Below, in pieces: positions 1 to 12,339 of a DNA stretch of 64,000 bases. Below the pieces are notes generated by a model. The model did not search any database. It worked only from the letters and a program-made list of their open reading frames with translations, and had not been told where the DNA came from. This DNA comes from Eledone cirrhosa (lineage: Eukaryota). Each line of letters opens with the position of its first letter. The stretch's first letter is position 1. The translations under genes were made by a program, and so were the position numbers. The stretch lies in contig OZ024741.1 of assembly GCA_964016885.1 (NCBI GenBank), positions 413,974,001 through 414,038,000 of the forward strand, written 5' to 3'.

Positions 1-386
1 AGCTCTAGGTTTTTTTGCTTTGGACTATATTTGTAATATGGTTCTTAATGTTATATACATCCTTAGTAATTTTTATTATATATTTTTATTATTTTTATTT
101 TTATTATACATTTTTGCAATACTTTAGTGTATGTACACTCCATATTCTTCGGAGCTTCCGGCTTGTATCTGCCGATATTACTTCTTGTTGTTTTAATTGC
201 CCTGATGAGTCCTTAATAGGACGAAACATTGTCGGCTAATAAAGACTTTTGATGTATTGAAGGCTTTTTTGTTTTACTCTCTTAATTTTTCGGCTCTGTT
301 TAACTACATTGAGCTATACCTTTTACTGTCATTTCTATAATACGAAGAGGGTGTTTAACTCCAACACACTCCACAATTTTAACCCT
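1..386 (+). mobile_element. 3' end of a non-coding hammerhead-bearing Penelope-like/retrozyme element (family H1), cut by the window edge
   Basis: T-rich leader, HHR at 199-236, AATAAA at 238-243, then CGGCTCTGT..ACATTGAGCTA stem-loop (291-316) shared with the tails at 24386 and 38726. Ends at (TA)n. Confidence 0.65.
199..236 (+). ncRNA. Minimal type I hammerhead ribozyme
   Basis: GCC CTGATGA GTCCT-TAAT-AGGAC GAAAC ATT GTC GGC: complete core, 5-bp stem II, GUC cleavage triplet, short stem I (GCC/GGC). Confidence 0.85.
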
Positions 387-815
387 TATATATATATATA
401 TACATATATACATATATATACATATATATATATACATATATACATACATATATACATACATATATCTATACACATATATTATATATATACATATATATAT
501 ATACATATAAATATATATACGTATATATATATATGGACATATATATACATATACATATACATATATATATACGTATATATATATATGGACATATATATAC
601 ATATACATATACATATATATATACGTATATATATATATGGACATATATATACATATACATATACATATATATACATATATATATATATATACATATATAT
701 ACATATATATATATATACATATATATATACATATATATATATATACATATATATATACATATATATATATATACATATATATATACATATATATATATAT
801 ACATATATATATATG
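387..815. repeat. (TA)n/(TACA)n compound microsatellite, representative of many such tracts in the window
   Basis: Directly visible. Similar tracts at ~1247-1497, 4343-4780, 12030-12340, 20420-21211, 29200-29790, 43050-43275, 45400-45840 and 46250-46900. Confidence 0.95.
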
Positions 816-1140
816 GAGGCACATGGTTTAGTGATTAGAGTATTGGCCTTGCAATCAAAAAGTTGTCAGTTCAATTCTCAGACCGGATGATGTGTTGTTT
901 CCTTGAGCAAGACACTTTATTTAACATTGCTCCAGTTTACTCAGCTGTAGAAATGAGATGATAGGGACCCCAGTCCCTATCATTCCACTGCAAAGTGGTC
1001 GTGGAGGTGCCACGGCAAAAAAGCACCCAGCACTCACTGTAAATGAGGTTGGTGTTAGGAAGGGCATCCAGCTGTAGAATTCAAGCCAGAATCAGTTCCC
1101 GTCCCACCCTTGCAAGCAGGAAAAAGCGATGATGATGATG
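816..1140 (+). mobile_element. tRNA-derived SINE with an RTE-derived 3' half and (GAT)n tail
   Basis: A-box-like TGGTTTAGTGA and B-box-like GTTCAATTC, central CCTTGAGCAAGACACTT. The 3' half matches the RTE-A 3'UTR (17846-18006). Several copies in the window. Confidence 0.85.
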
Positions 1141-1164
1141 GTGATATATATATATATACATATA

Positions 1165-1247
1165 TGGTGGCTGCCAACTCGTGTACGGCCACTACTTTAT
1201 ATCCATGTAGGAGAACCCCTACCGATGCGCTAAACAAGTGTGACTTA
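1165..1247 (-). mobile_element. Short 3'-terminal fragment of an RTE-like element
   Basis: Minus strand ends GGCCGTACACGAGTTGGCAGCCACC-(AT)n, resembling the terminus at 1497-1538. Confidence 0.4.
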
Positions 1248-1296
1248 TACATACATATATACATACATATATACATACATATATATATATATACAT

Positions 1297-1327
<31 letters not shown>

Positions 1328-1397
1328 TACATATATACATATACATATATACATACATATACATATATACATATATACATACATATATATACATATA

Positions 1398-1440
<43 letters not shown>

Positions 1441-1449
1441 ATACATATA

Positions 1450-1480
<31 letters not shown>

Positions 1481-1496
1481 ATACATATATATATAT

Positions 1497-1562
1497 ATGA
1501 TGGCTGCCCCCTCGTTATCGAGTATGGCCATTGCACAAAAAAAAAAAAAAAAAAAAAAAAAA

Positions 1563-1635
<73 letters not shown>

Positions 1636-1714
1636 GCAATAATAATAATAACGACAACAACAATAATAATATACATATTCATATATATATACACACACAC
1701 GCACGCACATAAGC

Positions 1715-1752
<38 letters not shown>

Positions 1753-4318
1753 GATAGCAACTAACAGTGCTGCGATCGAATGTGGCTTTTTAGCCCAGCC
1801 AATGATCCAAAATGTCTTGCACAGAGTCGGCAACCAAAACATTTACTGGGAATAGTCGGCTGTGGTTGGAGTTCGTGTACTTTTGCATGTCGCTTGAGTC
1901 CTCCTGCTGATTTACATTCTCTACCACATGTTTGGCAAGCATGATGAGTAGCATCTCCAACAGCAGCCTGGTAGTCAACCACTGGTCTTACTTTATGACT
2001 GCGAAGATGACTTTCGAGTCCAGCTTTGCTTAGGCAGAGTCTCGCACAGACGCTGCATGTCAGAAACATAGGAGGACCCTCGCCGTCTGGAAGTGCAACA
2101 GCAATACCCTTCCTCACGTCCCGCTTTACTTTCTCGTGTGCGATTCGAGATGCCTCAAAGGCAACTTTTCCCTCATATACAGTCTTTCTCCATTTATTAC
2201 GATCAGCAGCAATATTTTCCCATGTATCAGCAGAGATGTTAGCGTCTTTCAGAGAGGCCTTCAAGGAATCCTTATACCTCTTTTTTGGTTTATGTGGCGG
2301 TCGTTTTCCTTTAACCAACTCTCCATAGAAGAGTTGTTTTGGTATTCTAGAATCCTTCATCCTGGCAAGGTGACCACTCCAACGGAGTCGCTGCTTAAGC
2401 ACAAGAGCTTCTATACTGTCACACATAGAGCTTTCCAAAATCTCGACATCACTGATGTGGTCCCTCCAGCGAACGCCATGTATCCGTCTGAGACACATCT
2501 GATGGAAACGCTCCAATTGCTTAAGGTGGCGTCGATATGTGACCCAGGTCTCGCAGGCATAAAGAAGACAAGAGAGTACACATGCCCTGTACACCTTTAC
2601 CTTTGTCCTCCTGCATATGTCTCGCCGACCCCAGAGTCGCCTTTCTAGCTTTCCGAAAGCATCACTTGCTTTCCTAATCCTAAGTGAGATTTCACTGTCA
2701 AGGTTGCCGTATCGATTGACAGTGCTTCCCAGGTAGACAAACTGATCAACCACTCCAAGTCGTTTGCCATACACATAGATGTTTGGTTCAGTGTACTGCC
2801 TACCAGGTGCAGGTTGGTACATGACGACGGTTTTCTTGAGACTGACAGTCAAACCCAGGGCAGTGCAAGCGTCAGAAAATACATTCAAAATGTGCTGCAT
2901 ATCACTCTCTGTGTGCGCTACAAGATCGCAATCATCTGCATACAAGAGGTCTCTTATGACTGATGTAAATACTTTTGTCTTCGCAGCAAAGCGCCTGATG
3001 TTAAATATGCTGCCTGAGGTTCGATATCGGATGTAAACACCATGCTCGCAATTCCTGAATGCAATACAGAAAACCATTGCAAAGTATATGGCAAACAGGG
3101 TCGGTGCTGGAATATCCCCCTGTTTCACTCCATTTTTTACTGAGATAGGCTCCGACATGTTACCTCCGACATTAACCCAAGCCTTCATGTCGTCATGGAA
3201 AGACCTAACTAAAGCAAGGAACTTATCAGGGCAACCAAGTTTCTGGAGAACCTTCCATAATGCATCTCTGTTGACAGTATCGAAAGCCTTTGTCAGATCG
3301 ACAAAAACCTGATACAGATCCAAGCCCTGTTCAATGCACTTCTCCTGGAGCTGTCTAGCTGAGAAGATCATATCAGTAGTGCCGCGTCCAACACGAAAAC
3401 CAGATTGACTTTCAGGAAGGACACAATCTGCAATGTGTGTCAGCAGACGGTCCAGAAGCACCCTACATAAAACTTTCCCCACGACAGAAAGCAATGATAT
3501 ACCTCTGTAGTTCCCACAATCATTCCTGTTACCCTTTCCCTTGTACAAGACCACCATTACTGCATCTCTCCAGTCCTCAGGCACGGATTCATTAGCCCAT
3601 ATCCTTCCAAACAGAGAGTGAAGATGTTGCAGGAGTCTCTCACCACCATATTGTAGGAGCTCAGCATGTATGCCATCCATACCTGGAGATCTTCCACTGT
3701 TCAGCTTCGAAATAGCCACTGCAACCTCCACAAGTGTCGGAGGCTCTGCGAGAGCTACTTTCACAGGACTTTCCGGAATGAGATTGAGGAAATCTTCACT
3801 GACGACAGACGGCTGATTCAAAAGATCATCAAAGTGCTCCCGCCACCTTCGTAGAATTCCCTGTGAGTCACGAAGAAGTTCTTTGCCATCCCTGCTGCGA
3901 ATCGGTGTCACCAGAGAAGAAGACGGTCCATAAACCTCACGCAAGAGACTGTACAACAGCTTTGTGTTATTGCAATCAGACGCAGTTTGTATCTCACCAG
4001 CCTTCTCACTCCACCACTGATCCTTCATCTGAGAAAGACTCCGCCTAACACGTGATTTTACATCCCTGAGCTCCTCATGCAACGTATTCCTCTCCTGTGG
4101 TCTTGCCGTCAAGTAGCGTGACAGAGCGCGCCTCTTATCAGCCAACAAGTCATCTATATGCACATCTTTCTCATTAAACCAGTCCTGATGTTTTCTCTGC
4201 ACCAATCCCAGAACACGTCTGCCTACATCATAAACCGACTTTTTAAGGGTCGGCCAATCCTCACCAAGATCTGCAGCCTGCATCTCTTCTTCCAATGTCC
4301 TCTTCACATTTTTATGTC
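1497..4318 (-). mobile_element. 5'-truncated RTE-clade (BovB-like) LINE
   Basis: Contains the RT ORF. The probable 3'UTR includes (GT)n, (TTA)n and poly-T, ending at ATGGCCATACTCG..GCAGCCATC. Confidence 0.8.
1761..4307 (-). CDS. RTE ORF2: reverse transcriptase with three C-terminal C2H2 zinc fingers (APE domain lost by truncation)
   Basis: [42 protein letters not shown]. Fingers CSVC..HLRSH, CQTC..HAKVH, CRLC..HIRSQH. Confidence 0.9.
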   Translation of the reverse strand: MKRTLEEEMQAADLGEDWPTLKKSVYDVGRRVLGLVQRKHQDWFNEKDVHIDDLLADKRRALSRYLTARPQERNTLHEELRDVKSRVRRSLSQMKDQWWSEKAGEIQTASDCNNTKLLYSLLREVYGPSSSLVTPIRSRDGKELLRDSQGILRRWREHFDDLLNQPSVVSEDFLNLIPESPVKVALAEPPTLVEVAVAISKLNSGRSPGMDGIHAELLQYGGERLLQHLHSLFGRIWANESVPEDWRDAVMVVLYKGKGNRNDCGNYRGISLLSVVGKVLCRVLLDRLLTHIADCVLPESQSGFRVGRGTTDMIFSARQLQEKCIEQGLDLYQVFVDLTKAFDTVNRDALWKVLQKLGCPDKFLALVRSFHDDMKAWVNVGGNMSEPISVKNGVKQGDIPAPTLFAIYFAMVFCIAFRNCEHGVYIRYRTSGSIFNIRRFAAKTKVFTSVIRDLLYADDCDLVAHTESDMQHILNVFSDACTALGLTVSLKKTVVMYQPAPGRQYTEPNIYVYGKRLGVVDQFVYLGSTVNRYGNLDSEISLRIRKASDAFGKLERRLWGRRDICRRTKVKVYRACVLSCLLYACETWVTYRRHLKQLERFHQMCLRRIHGVRWRDHISDVEILESSMCDSIEALVLKQRLRWSGHLARMKDSRIPKQLFYGELVKGKRPPHKPKKRYKDSLKASLKDANISADTWENIAADRNKWRKTVYEGKVAFEASRIAHEKVKRDVRKGIAVALPDGEGPPMFLTCSVCARLCLSKAGLESHLRSHKVRPVVDYQAAVGDATHHACQTCGRECKSAGGLKRHAKVHELQPQPTIPSKCFGCRLCARHFGSLAGLKSHIRSQHC

Positions 4319-4688
4319 GTACGTATAAGTGTCAATAAGTAATATATATATATACATACATATATACATACATATATATATATACATACATATATATATA
4401 TATACATACATATATACATACATATATATATATACATACATATATATATATATACATACATATATACATACATATATATATATACATACATATATACATA
4501 CATATATATATATACATACATATATATATATACATACATATATACATACATAAATATATATACATACATATATATATATATATATATACATACATATATA
4601 CATACATATATATATATACATACATACATATATATATATACATTCATATATATATATATATATACATTCATATATATATATATATATA

Positions 4689-4726
<38 letters not shown>

Positions 4727-4779
4727 CATACATATATACATATATATATATACATACATATATATATATATACATACAT

Positions 4780-7700
4780 ATGCACAAACTCCCATTGCTG
4801 CCATTAACAAACAAACAAATTAACAACACACCAAAACAATTAAAACCATCCACTCTCGCCTCTACATTTTTGCTTAACGCCCAAGGCATCAGCCCTTCCA
4901 CCAATACTCAAAAATGGAAGATCAAATTCCTGGAGGACTGGATTGATGTCCATCCAAACCACATCCCTTTCTTCGTCCTCACTGAAACCCATCTCAGTAA
5001 CCTCCACTTGGAAGCCGAGGTGAAAGTGAAAAATTTCAAAGCCATCCGTGCTGATCGCGCTGGCAGAAGAAAGGGCGGAACTGCCATTTATGTCCATAAT
5101 TCTTTCTCAACAGAGGCTATGAACATATTCACTAATGGATACTGTGAGGCAGTCACTGTATTCAGTCAAACCAACAACCTATTAGTAGTTGGGCTCTATA
5201 GGCCACCCCAAACGCCTGTACCATGCTTCAAGGAATGCCTCAACAGCATAAAGTGTTTCATCCAAGAGTGTCACCCTGACAACATCTTAATGATGGGGGA
5301 CTTCAACCTCCCCGGAGTTGACTGGTCCACAAACACCCTGCCACCAGGTTCTTCTGCCTCAACCTCTGACAGGGAAGCTGTGGAATCGCTTCTTGACTTC
5401 ATGGATGATTTCTTCCTATCCCAACTAGTGCTCGAACCAACGAGGTGCCACAAAAACGTCCTAGACTTAATTTTCAGCAATCACACTGACAATATCCACA
5501 ATATTGCAGTGGAGAAAACTCTACTCTCTGATCATGACATGGTTCTCTGTGATCTGAGATTCCACCGTCCAATATACAAACCCAATGTCATCTCTCCTGT
5601 CCATCCGTTTGACGCTATGGATTTCCACAATGCAAACTGGGAAGCGATCAGTCATGATCTTGCACATGTCGACTGGTCCTTCACGCACACTCATACACCC
5701 ACTAACATCAAAAAGTCCTGGCAGACATTTGTGGACACTGTTACAAACATATGTGCTAAACACACCCCATTAAGAACTATAAACAAATCTAAGAGCAGAA
5801 TCCCTAGAAATAGAAAAACGCTCATCAGAAAAATTAAGAGAACGAACAAAAAAATCAACAAGCTGAAATACTGTCAGCAGCAACACATCAACTTGACTGC
5901 CATTTCATCACTAGAGATTAAAAAACATAACCTCCAAAACAACATAATGTCCCTCATCAACAATCAGAGAAGAGCTGAAGAGGCCTGGGCCATTGAGAAG
6001 ATCAAACTCAATCCCAAAGTGTTCTTTTCATTTGCAAAAAAACACAAAATCACTGGCTCTACTGTTGGCCCTCTAATTGATGAAAATGGCACTCTTCAAG
6101 ACAATGCTAAAACCATGGGTGAGATACTGCAGAAACAATACTGCTTTGTTTTCAGCAATCCTGATATGGCCGATCTGGGCTGTATCGGCGATGTTACTCC
6201 CCATTACACCTTATCGGACATAACGTTTGGCGCCCCTGATGTCTTGGCGGCAATAAAGGAAATCAAGCATAATTCAGCAGTAGGTCCCGATAGGTTCCCT
6301 GCTTGTGTCTTGAAGGCGTGTCAACACCAACTTGCTTCTCCTCTTGCCAATCTGTGGCGGAACTCACTGGATGCTGGATATGTGCCAGAAAACCTTCTAT
6401 CCCAGTCTGTTGTCCCAGTTTTCAAAAAGGGAAACAAATCCCTTGCCGTGAATTACCGTCCAATCTCACTCACCTCTCATATCATTAAGGTATTTGAGCG
6501 AGTGGTGAGATCGCGAATGACCCACTTCCTTGAGAGTAACAATATGCTGAACTCCAACCAGCATGGATTCCGTAATGGAAGGGATTGCCTGACGCAACTA
6601 CTGCATCACTTTGATGACATTTTGAGAGCCTTGGGAGAGGGTTCCAACACTGATGTTATCTACCTTGATTTCAGCAAGGCCTTTGACAGGGTTGATCATA
6701 ACATTCTACTGAGAAAGCTGTCCAATATTGGTGTCACTGGAAAGCTGCTGCAGTGGATCAAGAGCTTCCTGTCAAACAGAACCCAACATGTTGTAGTTGA
6801 GGGAGTCAAATCAAGCCCAGCCAAAGTCAGTAGTGGAGTCCCACAAGGCACTGTGTTGGGCCCACTTCTCTTCATCATCTATATTAATGACATCACTGAC
6901 ATCATCAAACACAGCAACATTAAAATTTTCGCTGATGATTCCAAGCTCCAAAAGGTCATCAATGGCGTGGATGACCGGATAAGCCTTCAGTCAGACCTAC
7001 TGGCTGTTACCCAATGGGCAGAAAAGAACAACATGTTACTGAACGAAGACAAATTCGAACTGATCCACTTTGGAAAAGAGGATGCTCTGAAACTCCCGTA
7101 CTCCCTTCCCTCCGGGGAAACTCTCGTGGCATCTAACAACATCAGAGACTTGGGAGTAACCGTGGACAGCAACATAAGCTGGACCACGCATATAAGCAGC
7201 AAAGTTGACATGGCCCGCAGAATGTGTTCCTGGATCCTCAGAACCTTCCAGTCGAGAGATTCCCGCACCATTATCCTTCTCTTCTCTACTTTCGCCCGAC
7301 CACACCTTGAATACTGTTGTCCACTGTGGTCTCCCCACACGAAACAAAGTATCATGAAACTTGAAGCTCCTCAAAGGGCAATCACGAAAAAGATAGATGG
7401 CATGTCAGACCTTGACTACTGGGGTCGATTGGAAAACCTGAAACTTTACTCACTCCAACGTCGCCGTGAGCGTTATATTATCTGCATGATGTGGAAAATG
7501 TTCCATCATCACTGCCCAAATGATGTTGGCATCGCCTTCAAGATACACCCAAGGCTTGGGCCCCGTGCTATCCGTCCCATTCAAAAATCTAAATCGCAAC
7601 TCATAACAACAATACGGCACAATTATTTCACCTCAATCGGCCCTGCTCTCTTCAACATCACACCAGGACACGTCAAAACAGAAACTGACCACACAAAATT

Positions 7701-7815
7701 CAAGAAGTCTTTGGACAAATTCCTCCAAGTAATCCCGGACAAACCACCCACACCCGGATATGTCTCCGCAAACAGTAATTCTCTTCTCGAATGGGCCATG
7801 GTGCCCAAATCCTGA
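4780..7815 (+). CDS. CR1-group LINE ORF2 (APE endonuclease + reverse transcriptase), uninterrupted
   Basis: APE motifs LTETHL, YRPP, GDFNLP, LDL, SDH. RT motifs [30 protein letters not shown]-terminal [10 protein letters not shown]. Confidence 0.92.
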   Translation: MHKLPLLPLTNKQINNTPKQLKPSTLASTFLLNAQGISPSTNTQKWKIKFLEDWIDVHPNHIPFFVLTETHLSNLHLEAEVKVKNFKAIRADRAGRRKGGTAIYVHNSFSTEAMNIFTNGYCEAVTVFSQTNNLLVVGLYRPPQTPVPCFKECLNSIKCFIQECHPDNILMMGDFNLPGVDWSTNTLPPGSSASTSDREAVESLLDFMDDFFLSQLVLEPTRCHKNVLDLIFSNHTDNIHNIAVEKTLLSDHDMVLCDLRFHRPIYKPNVISPVHPFDAMDFHNANWEAISHDLAHVDWSFTHTHTPTNIKKSWQTFVDTVTNICAKHTPLRTINKSKSRIPRNRKTLIRKIKRTNKKINKLKYCQQQHINLTAISSLEIKKHNLQNNIMSLINNQRRAEEAWAIEKIKLNPKVFFSFAKKHKITGSTVGPLIDENGTLQDNAKTMGEILQKQYCFVFSNPDMADLGCIGDVTPHYTLSDITFGAPDVLAAIKEIKHNSAVGPDRFPACVLKACQHQLASPLANLWRNSLDAGYVPENLLSQSVVPVFKKGNKSLAVNYRPISLTSHIIKVFERVVRSRMTHFLESNNMLNSNQHGFRNGRDCLTQLLHHFDDILRALGEGSNTDVIYLDFSKAFDRVDHNILLRKLSNIGVTGKLLQWIKSFLSNRTQHVVVEGVKSSPAKVSSGVPQGTVLGPLLFIIYINDITDIIKHSNIKIFADDSKLQKVINGVDDRISLQSDLLAVTQWAEKNNMLLNEDKFELIHFGKEDALKLPYSLPSGETLVASNNIRDLGVTVDSNISWTTHISSKVDMARRMCSWILRTFQSRDSRTIILLFSTFARPHLEYCCPLWSPHTKQSIMKLEAPQRAITKKIDGMSDLDYWGRLENLKLYSLQRRRERYIICMMWKMFHHHCPNDVGIAFKIHPRLGPRAIRPIQKSKSQLITTIRHNYFTSIGPALFNITPGHVKTETDHTKFKKSLDKFLQVIPDKPPTPGYVSANSNSLLEWAMVPKS

Positions 7816-7910
7816 ATTGAAAGACTTCGCCAGGTGGTGCTATTAAGTTAGACATGGCCTGGGCCAATACTGGCCAAAACATTTCAAAGTTATTCAAAGT
7901 TATTAAGTTA
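4780..7910 (+). mobile_element. CR1-group LINE without ORF1, short 3'UTR ending in TTCAAAGTTA-type repeats
   Basis: ORF2 plus ~95-bp 3'UTR, flanked by TA microsatellite on both sides. Confidence 0.85.
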
Positions 7911-8042
7911 TATATACATATATATATATACATATATATATATACATATATATATATACATATATATATATACATATATATATATATACATATATACATA
8001 CATATATATATATATATACATATATACATACATATATACATA

Positions 8043-11000
8043 TCATCATCATCATCATCATCACCGTTTTACGTCCGTTCTTCCACGCTAGCATGGGTTA
8101 GACGGGTTGTCCTGTTGTGGGCAGTGTCTGGTCGGCTGACCATGCCTTGCTCATACAGGAACTGATCTGGCTTGATTTCTACAGCTGGATGCCCTTCCTA
8201 ACACCAACCTCATTTACAGTGAGTGCTGGGTGCTTTTTCGTGGCGCCTACACGTCCACTTTACAGTGTGGGCTGGGTGCTTTTTTGCCGTGGCACCTCCA
8301 CGACCACCTTGCGGTGGGGGGGGGGGGCATATTGTTTATATGCTTCAGCATGTACCCATGGGAGGTCGGGTACCCTGTATTACTGCGTGACGCCAGAAGT
8401 CACGGTCGTGTGTCATTGACTTTGAGAGGTGTAGTTGGGTAAGGTCGGCTTTTATCACCTCATCCCAAGTCATCTTGGGTCTCCCCACTCCGCGGTTTCC
8501 ATCAACTTCTAGTGCTCTGCACCTTTTTATGCAGCTGTCATCCTTCATACGCATCACATGTCCATACCAGCGTAACCGCCTCTCCTGCACGCAGCATTTG
8601 ATTCCTCTTATGCTCAGTCTCTCTCTCAATTCATTTATGCTTTGTCGTTCACGTATATTACTGTTACACATCCATCGGAGCATGCAGGCTTCGTTTCTCT
8701 CTAATCTACGTAAGTCTTCCACCTTCAGCGCCAGGTCTCACTACCATGCAACATCGCTGTTCGGATACACGCATCATACAGTCTGCCTTTCATTCTGAGG
8801 GAGAAGCCTTTTGCAGCTAGCAGTGGTAGTAGTTCCCTAAACTTCTTCCATCCCGTTCTTACCCTAGTTATTGTACTTTCTGAGCACCCACCTCCGTTGC
8901 TAATTCGGTCACCTAGGTAGCAGAAGCTGTCTACTGTTTCTACAGGGCCCTCCCAGAGATTGGTGGTACTTGTTTCCTGTGGCTGTTTGCTTGCTGTTTC
9001 AGCACAGCTGCTGCATGTGAATCCTACATTCTTAATTAAGCTTCCTGAGATCCCGCTACATCTCTTGTGTACCCATTGTTTGCATTTGGGGCAGAGAATG
9101 GAGTTCCTACCTACACCTTTCCTACATACTGAGCAAGGCCATTTCCCTGAGGGGATCTGGGTTCTGTTTTCTCGTCTACTTATAAGGACCTTAGTCTTTG
9201 TCATGTTGACTTTGAGGCCCTTTCTCTCTAGTCCCTGCTTCCAGGTTTGGAATTTATTCTCTAGTTCTACCATAGATTCAGCTATGAGTGCGAGGTCATC
9301 AGCATACAGGAGTTCCCATGGGCATCCGGTCTTAAACTCCTCCGTTATTGCCTGCAGGACTATGATGAACAGGAGAGGGCTAAGAACAGAGCCCTGGTGG
9401 ACCCCAACCTGTACGCTAAATTCCTCGCTATACTCATTGCCAATCCTAACTTTGCTGACTGCTCCCCTATACATGGCTTGTACCGCTTTCACAAGCCATT
9501 CATCTACTCCTAGTTTTCTAAGAGCCCACCAGATTACTGCACGTGGAACTCTGTCAAAGGCTTTCTCAAGGTCGACAAATGCCAAGTAGAGTGGCTTACT
9601 TTTAGCTAGGTACTTTTCCTGTAATTGCCTCACAAGGAAGAGGGCATCAGTGGTGCCTTTCCCTGGTACAAACCCAAATTGCATCTCGTCTATATTCACC
9701 CGGTCCCTAATCAGCTGTGCTATAACTCTTTCTGTTACTTTCATGACCTGGTCCATCAACTTTATACCTCTATAGTTTCCTCTATCTAGTGCATCGCCTT
9801 TACCTTTGTAGCAGTTGACAATGATGCTACTGCACCAATCTTTTGGTATGGCCCCCTCTAGTATTACCTGGTTAACGATACGTGTGGTTATAGTGTGACC
9901 TACAGACCCAGATGCCTTCAGCATCTCGGCAGCTATACCCGATGGACCGGTTGCCTTCCCTATCTTCATATCTCTGATTGCCTTACTTACTACGCTGCCG
10001 CTGACTTGTACTGCTGGTCCCTCTATAGGGTCTACGTGGGGTAGGGTCTCTTCTTCCCATGCATTCTCCTCATTTAGTAATCTATCATAATGACTCTTCC
10101 ATGCATCTTTCTTCTCAGCACTTGTGAGGGCAAGCTCACCTTTATCATTCCGGATACACTTCTCTCCAATGACATCACAACTATCTCTGACACACTGCCT
10201 CGCAATCTTGAATACCTCCTGTTTCTGGTCCTCACGTTGTAAAACATGCTTGAATTTTCTATCCTCTGCTTCCCTCCTAGCTAAGTATACTTGTCGCCTA
10301 GCTTCCCTCTTGGTCTCTATGTAATGTACCCTGCTCCCCCCGTTCTTCCATTCTTTCCATGCCTGTCTCTTGGCCTTGACTGCTTCATCTACCTTATTGT
10401 TCCACCACCAAGTCACTCTCCTCCTGCTTGAGGTCTTACTCCAGCCATAAACCTCATCCGTCGCCTCTAGTAAGTTATTTTTTAGGAACTCCCAGTTCTC
10501 TTCTACGTTAAATGTCTCTATCTGTTCTTCTTTACTGTCGTAGGCGTTGAGTAAAATATCTTTAAATCTGTTACTGGTTGAGGGGACTTTCAGCTTCCAG
10601 ATCTTTCTTCTCCAGGTTGGCCTCTGTTTCAGGGCTCGTCTAGTTCTGACCGTGAGGTCGCTGACAACTAAGCTATGTTGGGATGTACATTCCTCACTAG
10701 GGAAGGCTTTTGTGTTTACGACCGTCCATCTGTCACGTCCTCTGATGAGGATAAAATCTAACTGACTAGAGTGCTCCCCTGATCTATAGGTGATCAGGTG
10801 GTTGTCGGTTTTTTAAAGTTTGTGTTACATATCGACATGTCATTGGCGTCGCAGAATTCTAGAAGTCTGAATCCTTCCTCATTCCTTGTGCCAACTCCAT
10901 GGCCTCCATGTACTCTATTGAAGCCGTCGCAGTGTTTACCTACGTGTCCGTTAAAATCTCCTGCAATGATTAGGAAGTCCTTGTCGTCTGTTAGAGCAGT

Positions 11001-12030
11001 AGTGTGTATTAGGGACTCGTAAAACCTATCCTTAAGTTCGTCTGGCAGCCCCGATTGGGGTGCGTAAGCTGATATTATTGTGGTAATTGTCTTATTCAGG
11101 ACTAGTCTGAGTTTAATGATTCTTGCATTTACCCTGTACACTGAGATTACTTTATCTACCCACTTGTCAGCTAATAGTATACCTACACCACCCATCCCAT
11201 CGTCATTTCCCACCCAGAAAAATTTGTAGCACTGGCTTTTTCCTACAAGGACTCTAGCAGACCCTCCTCTCCATCTAGTCTCTTGCACACAGCATACATC
11301 AACTTCCTTTCGCTCTAGCATTTCTACGATTTCTCCTGCTCTTCCTTTCATTGAGCCTACATTGATGGTACCAACTTGGAGTTTTGGGCATTTGTCGACA
11401 CTCGTAGGGGAGGGTCTCTGGGTTGGCGCTTCACGTGGGTGCTTGGTAGCTCGCAGATTCATATTTCATCTATTGATTCAGAGTTGCTCGTGTATTCCCA
11501 GCTCATCCATCCATAACGGTGGGAAAATTGAGGGCTAGAAGAACAGTGGTGGTGGGGTAATGGCAGGGTGTGTTGGGATGCGCCAGAGGAGGAGAGAGTT
11601 AGTTAGGCAGGTAGTAGCAGCAGCAGTGGAAATGGCATGCTAGGTTTGATTGGTCGAATAGACTATGGTGGTGTGTGGGGGTGGGGGGGGGGGGGGAAAT
11701 TGTGAGGTAGGAACTGAGGGTCGCATGGTAAATATCCAAGTTAATACTACATCAGTAAAATTAACAATAATAACGTCATGAAAAACTACTAAGAGAAACC
11801 CTCGAAAATTTATCGCTAATACAGCAGGGAAAATTTAACGCTAATACAGCAGGGAACATCATAATATTAACGACAATATGTAGGCTAAAATACCTTCGTA
11901 GATTAGATGGATGGCTGGAAAAATTGGAATCAGCTCTAGTGATACATTTTAGCAGAGAAGAATGGGAAAGTGTCTTATCTCTTCAATATTTTCAGATTGA
12001 ATGAATTAGGTTAAAGACAGGGTAGTAGCA
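8043..12030 (-). mobile_element. Near-full-length RTE LINE family A (APE-RT with PHD-like finger), two frameshifts
   Basis: APE ORF 10794-11462 (VQETRW, AYAPQ, GDFNGHVG), RT ORF 8725-10416 (GVHQGS, LLYADD), C-terminus 8345-8722, 3'UTR with (GAT)n tail. Frameshifts near 10800 and 8730. The 5' limit is approximate. Confidence 0.9.
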
Positions 12031-12036
12031 TACATA

Positions 12037-12072
<36 letters not shown>

Positions 12073-12234
12073 CATACATATATATATATATATATATACA
12101 TATATACATACATATATACATATATACATACATATATATATATATATATATACATATATACATACATATATATATATACATATAAACATACATAAATATA
12201 TATATATATATACATATATATATAAATATACATA

Positions 12235-12322
<88 letters not shown>

Positions 12323-12339
12323 AAATATATATATACATA

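Noticed and set aside
300-890. Many Y/I/M/C/H/T-rich ORFs here and throughout the ORF track
   Set aside because: They are stop-free translations of (TA)n/(TACA)n microsatellites, not genes.
816-890. tRNA gene
   Set aside because: A- and B-box-like motifs are present, but the sequence continues into a SINE body and shows no complete cloverleaf.
8960-9589. 209-aa antisense ORF repeated in RTE-A copies
   Set aside because: Shadow ORF opposite the RT. It recurs only because the copies are nearly identical.
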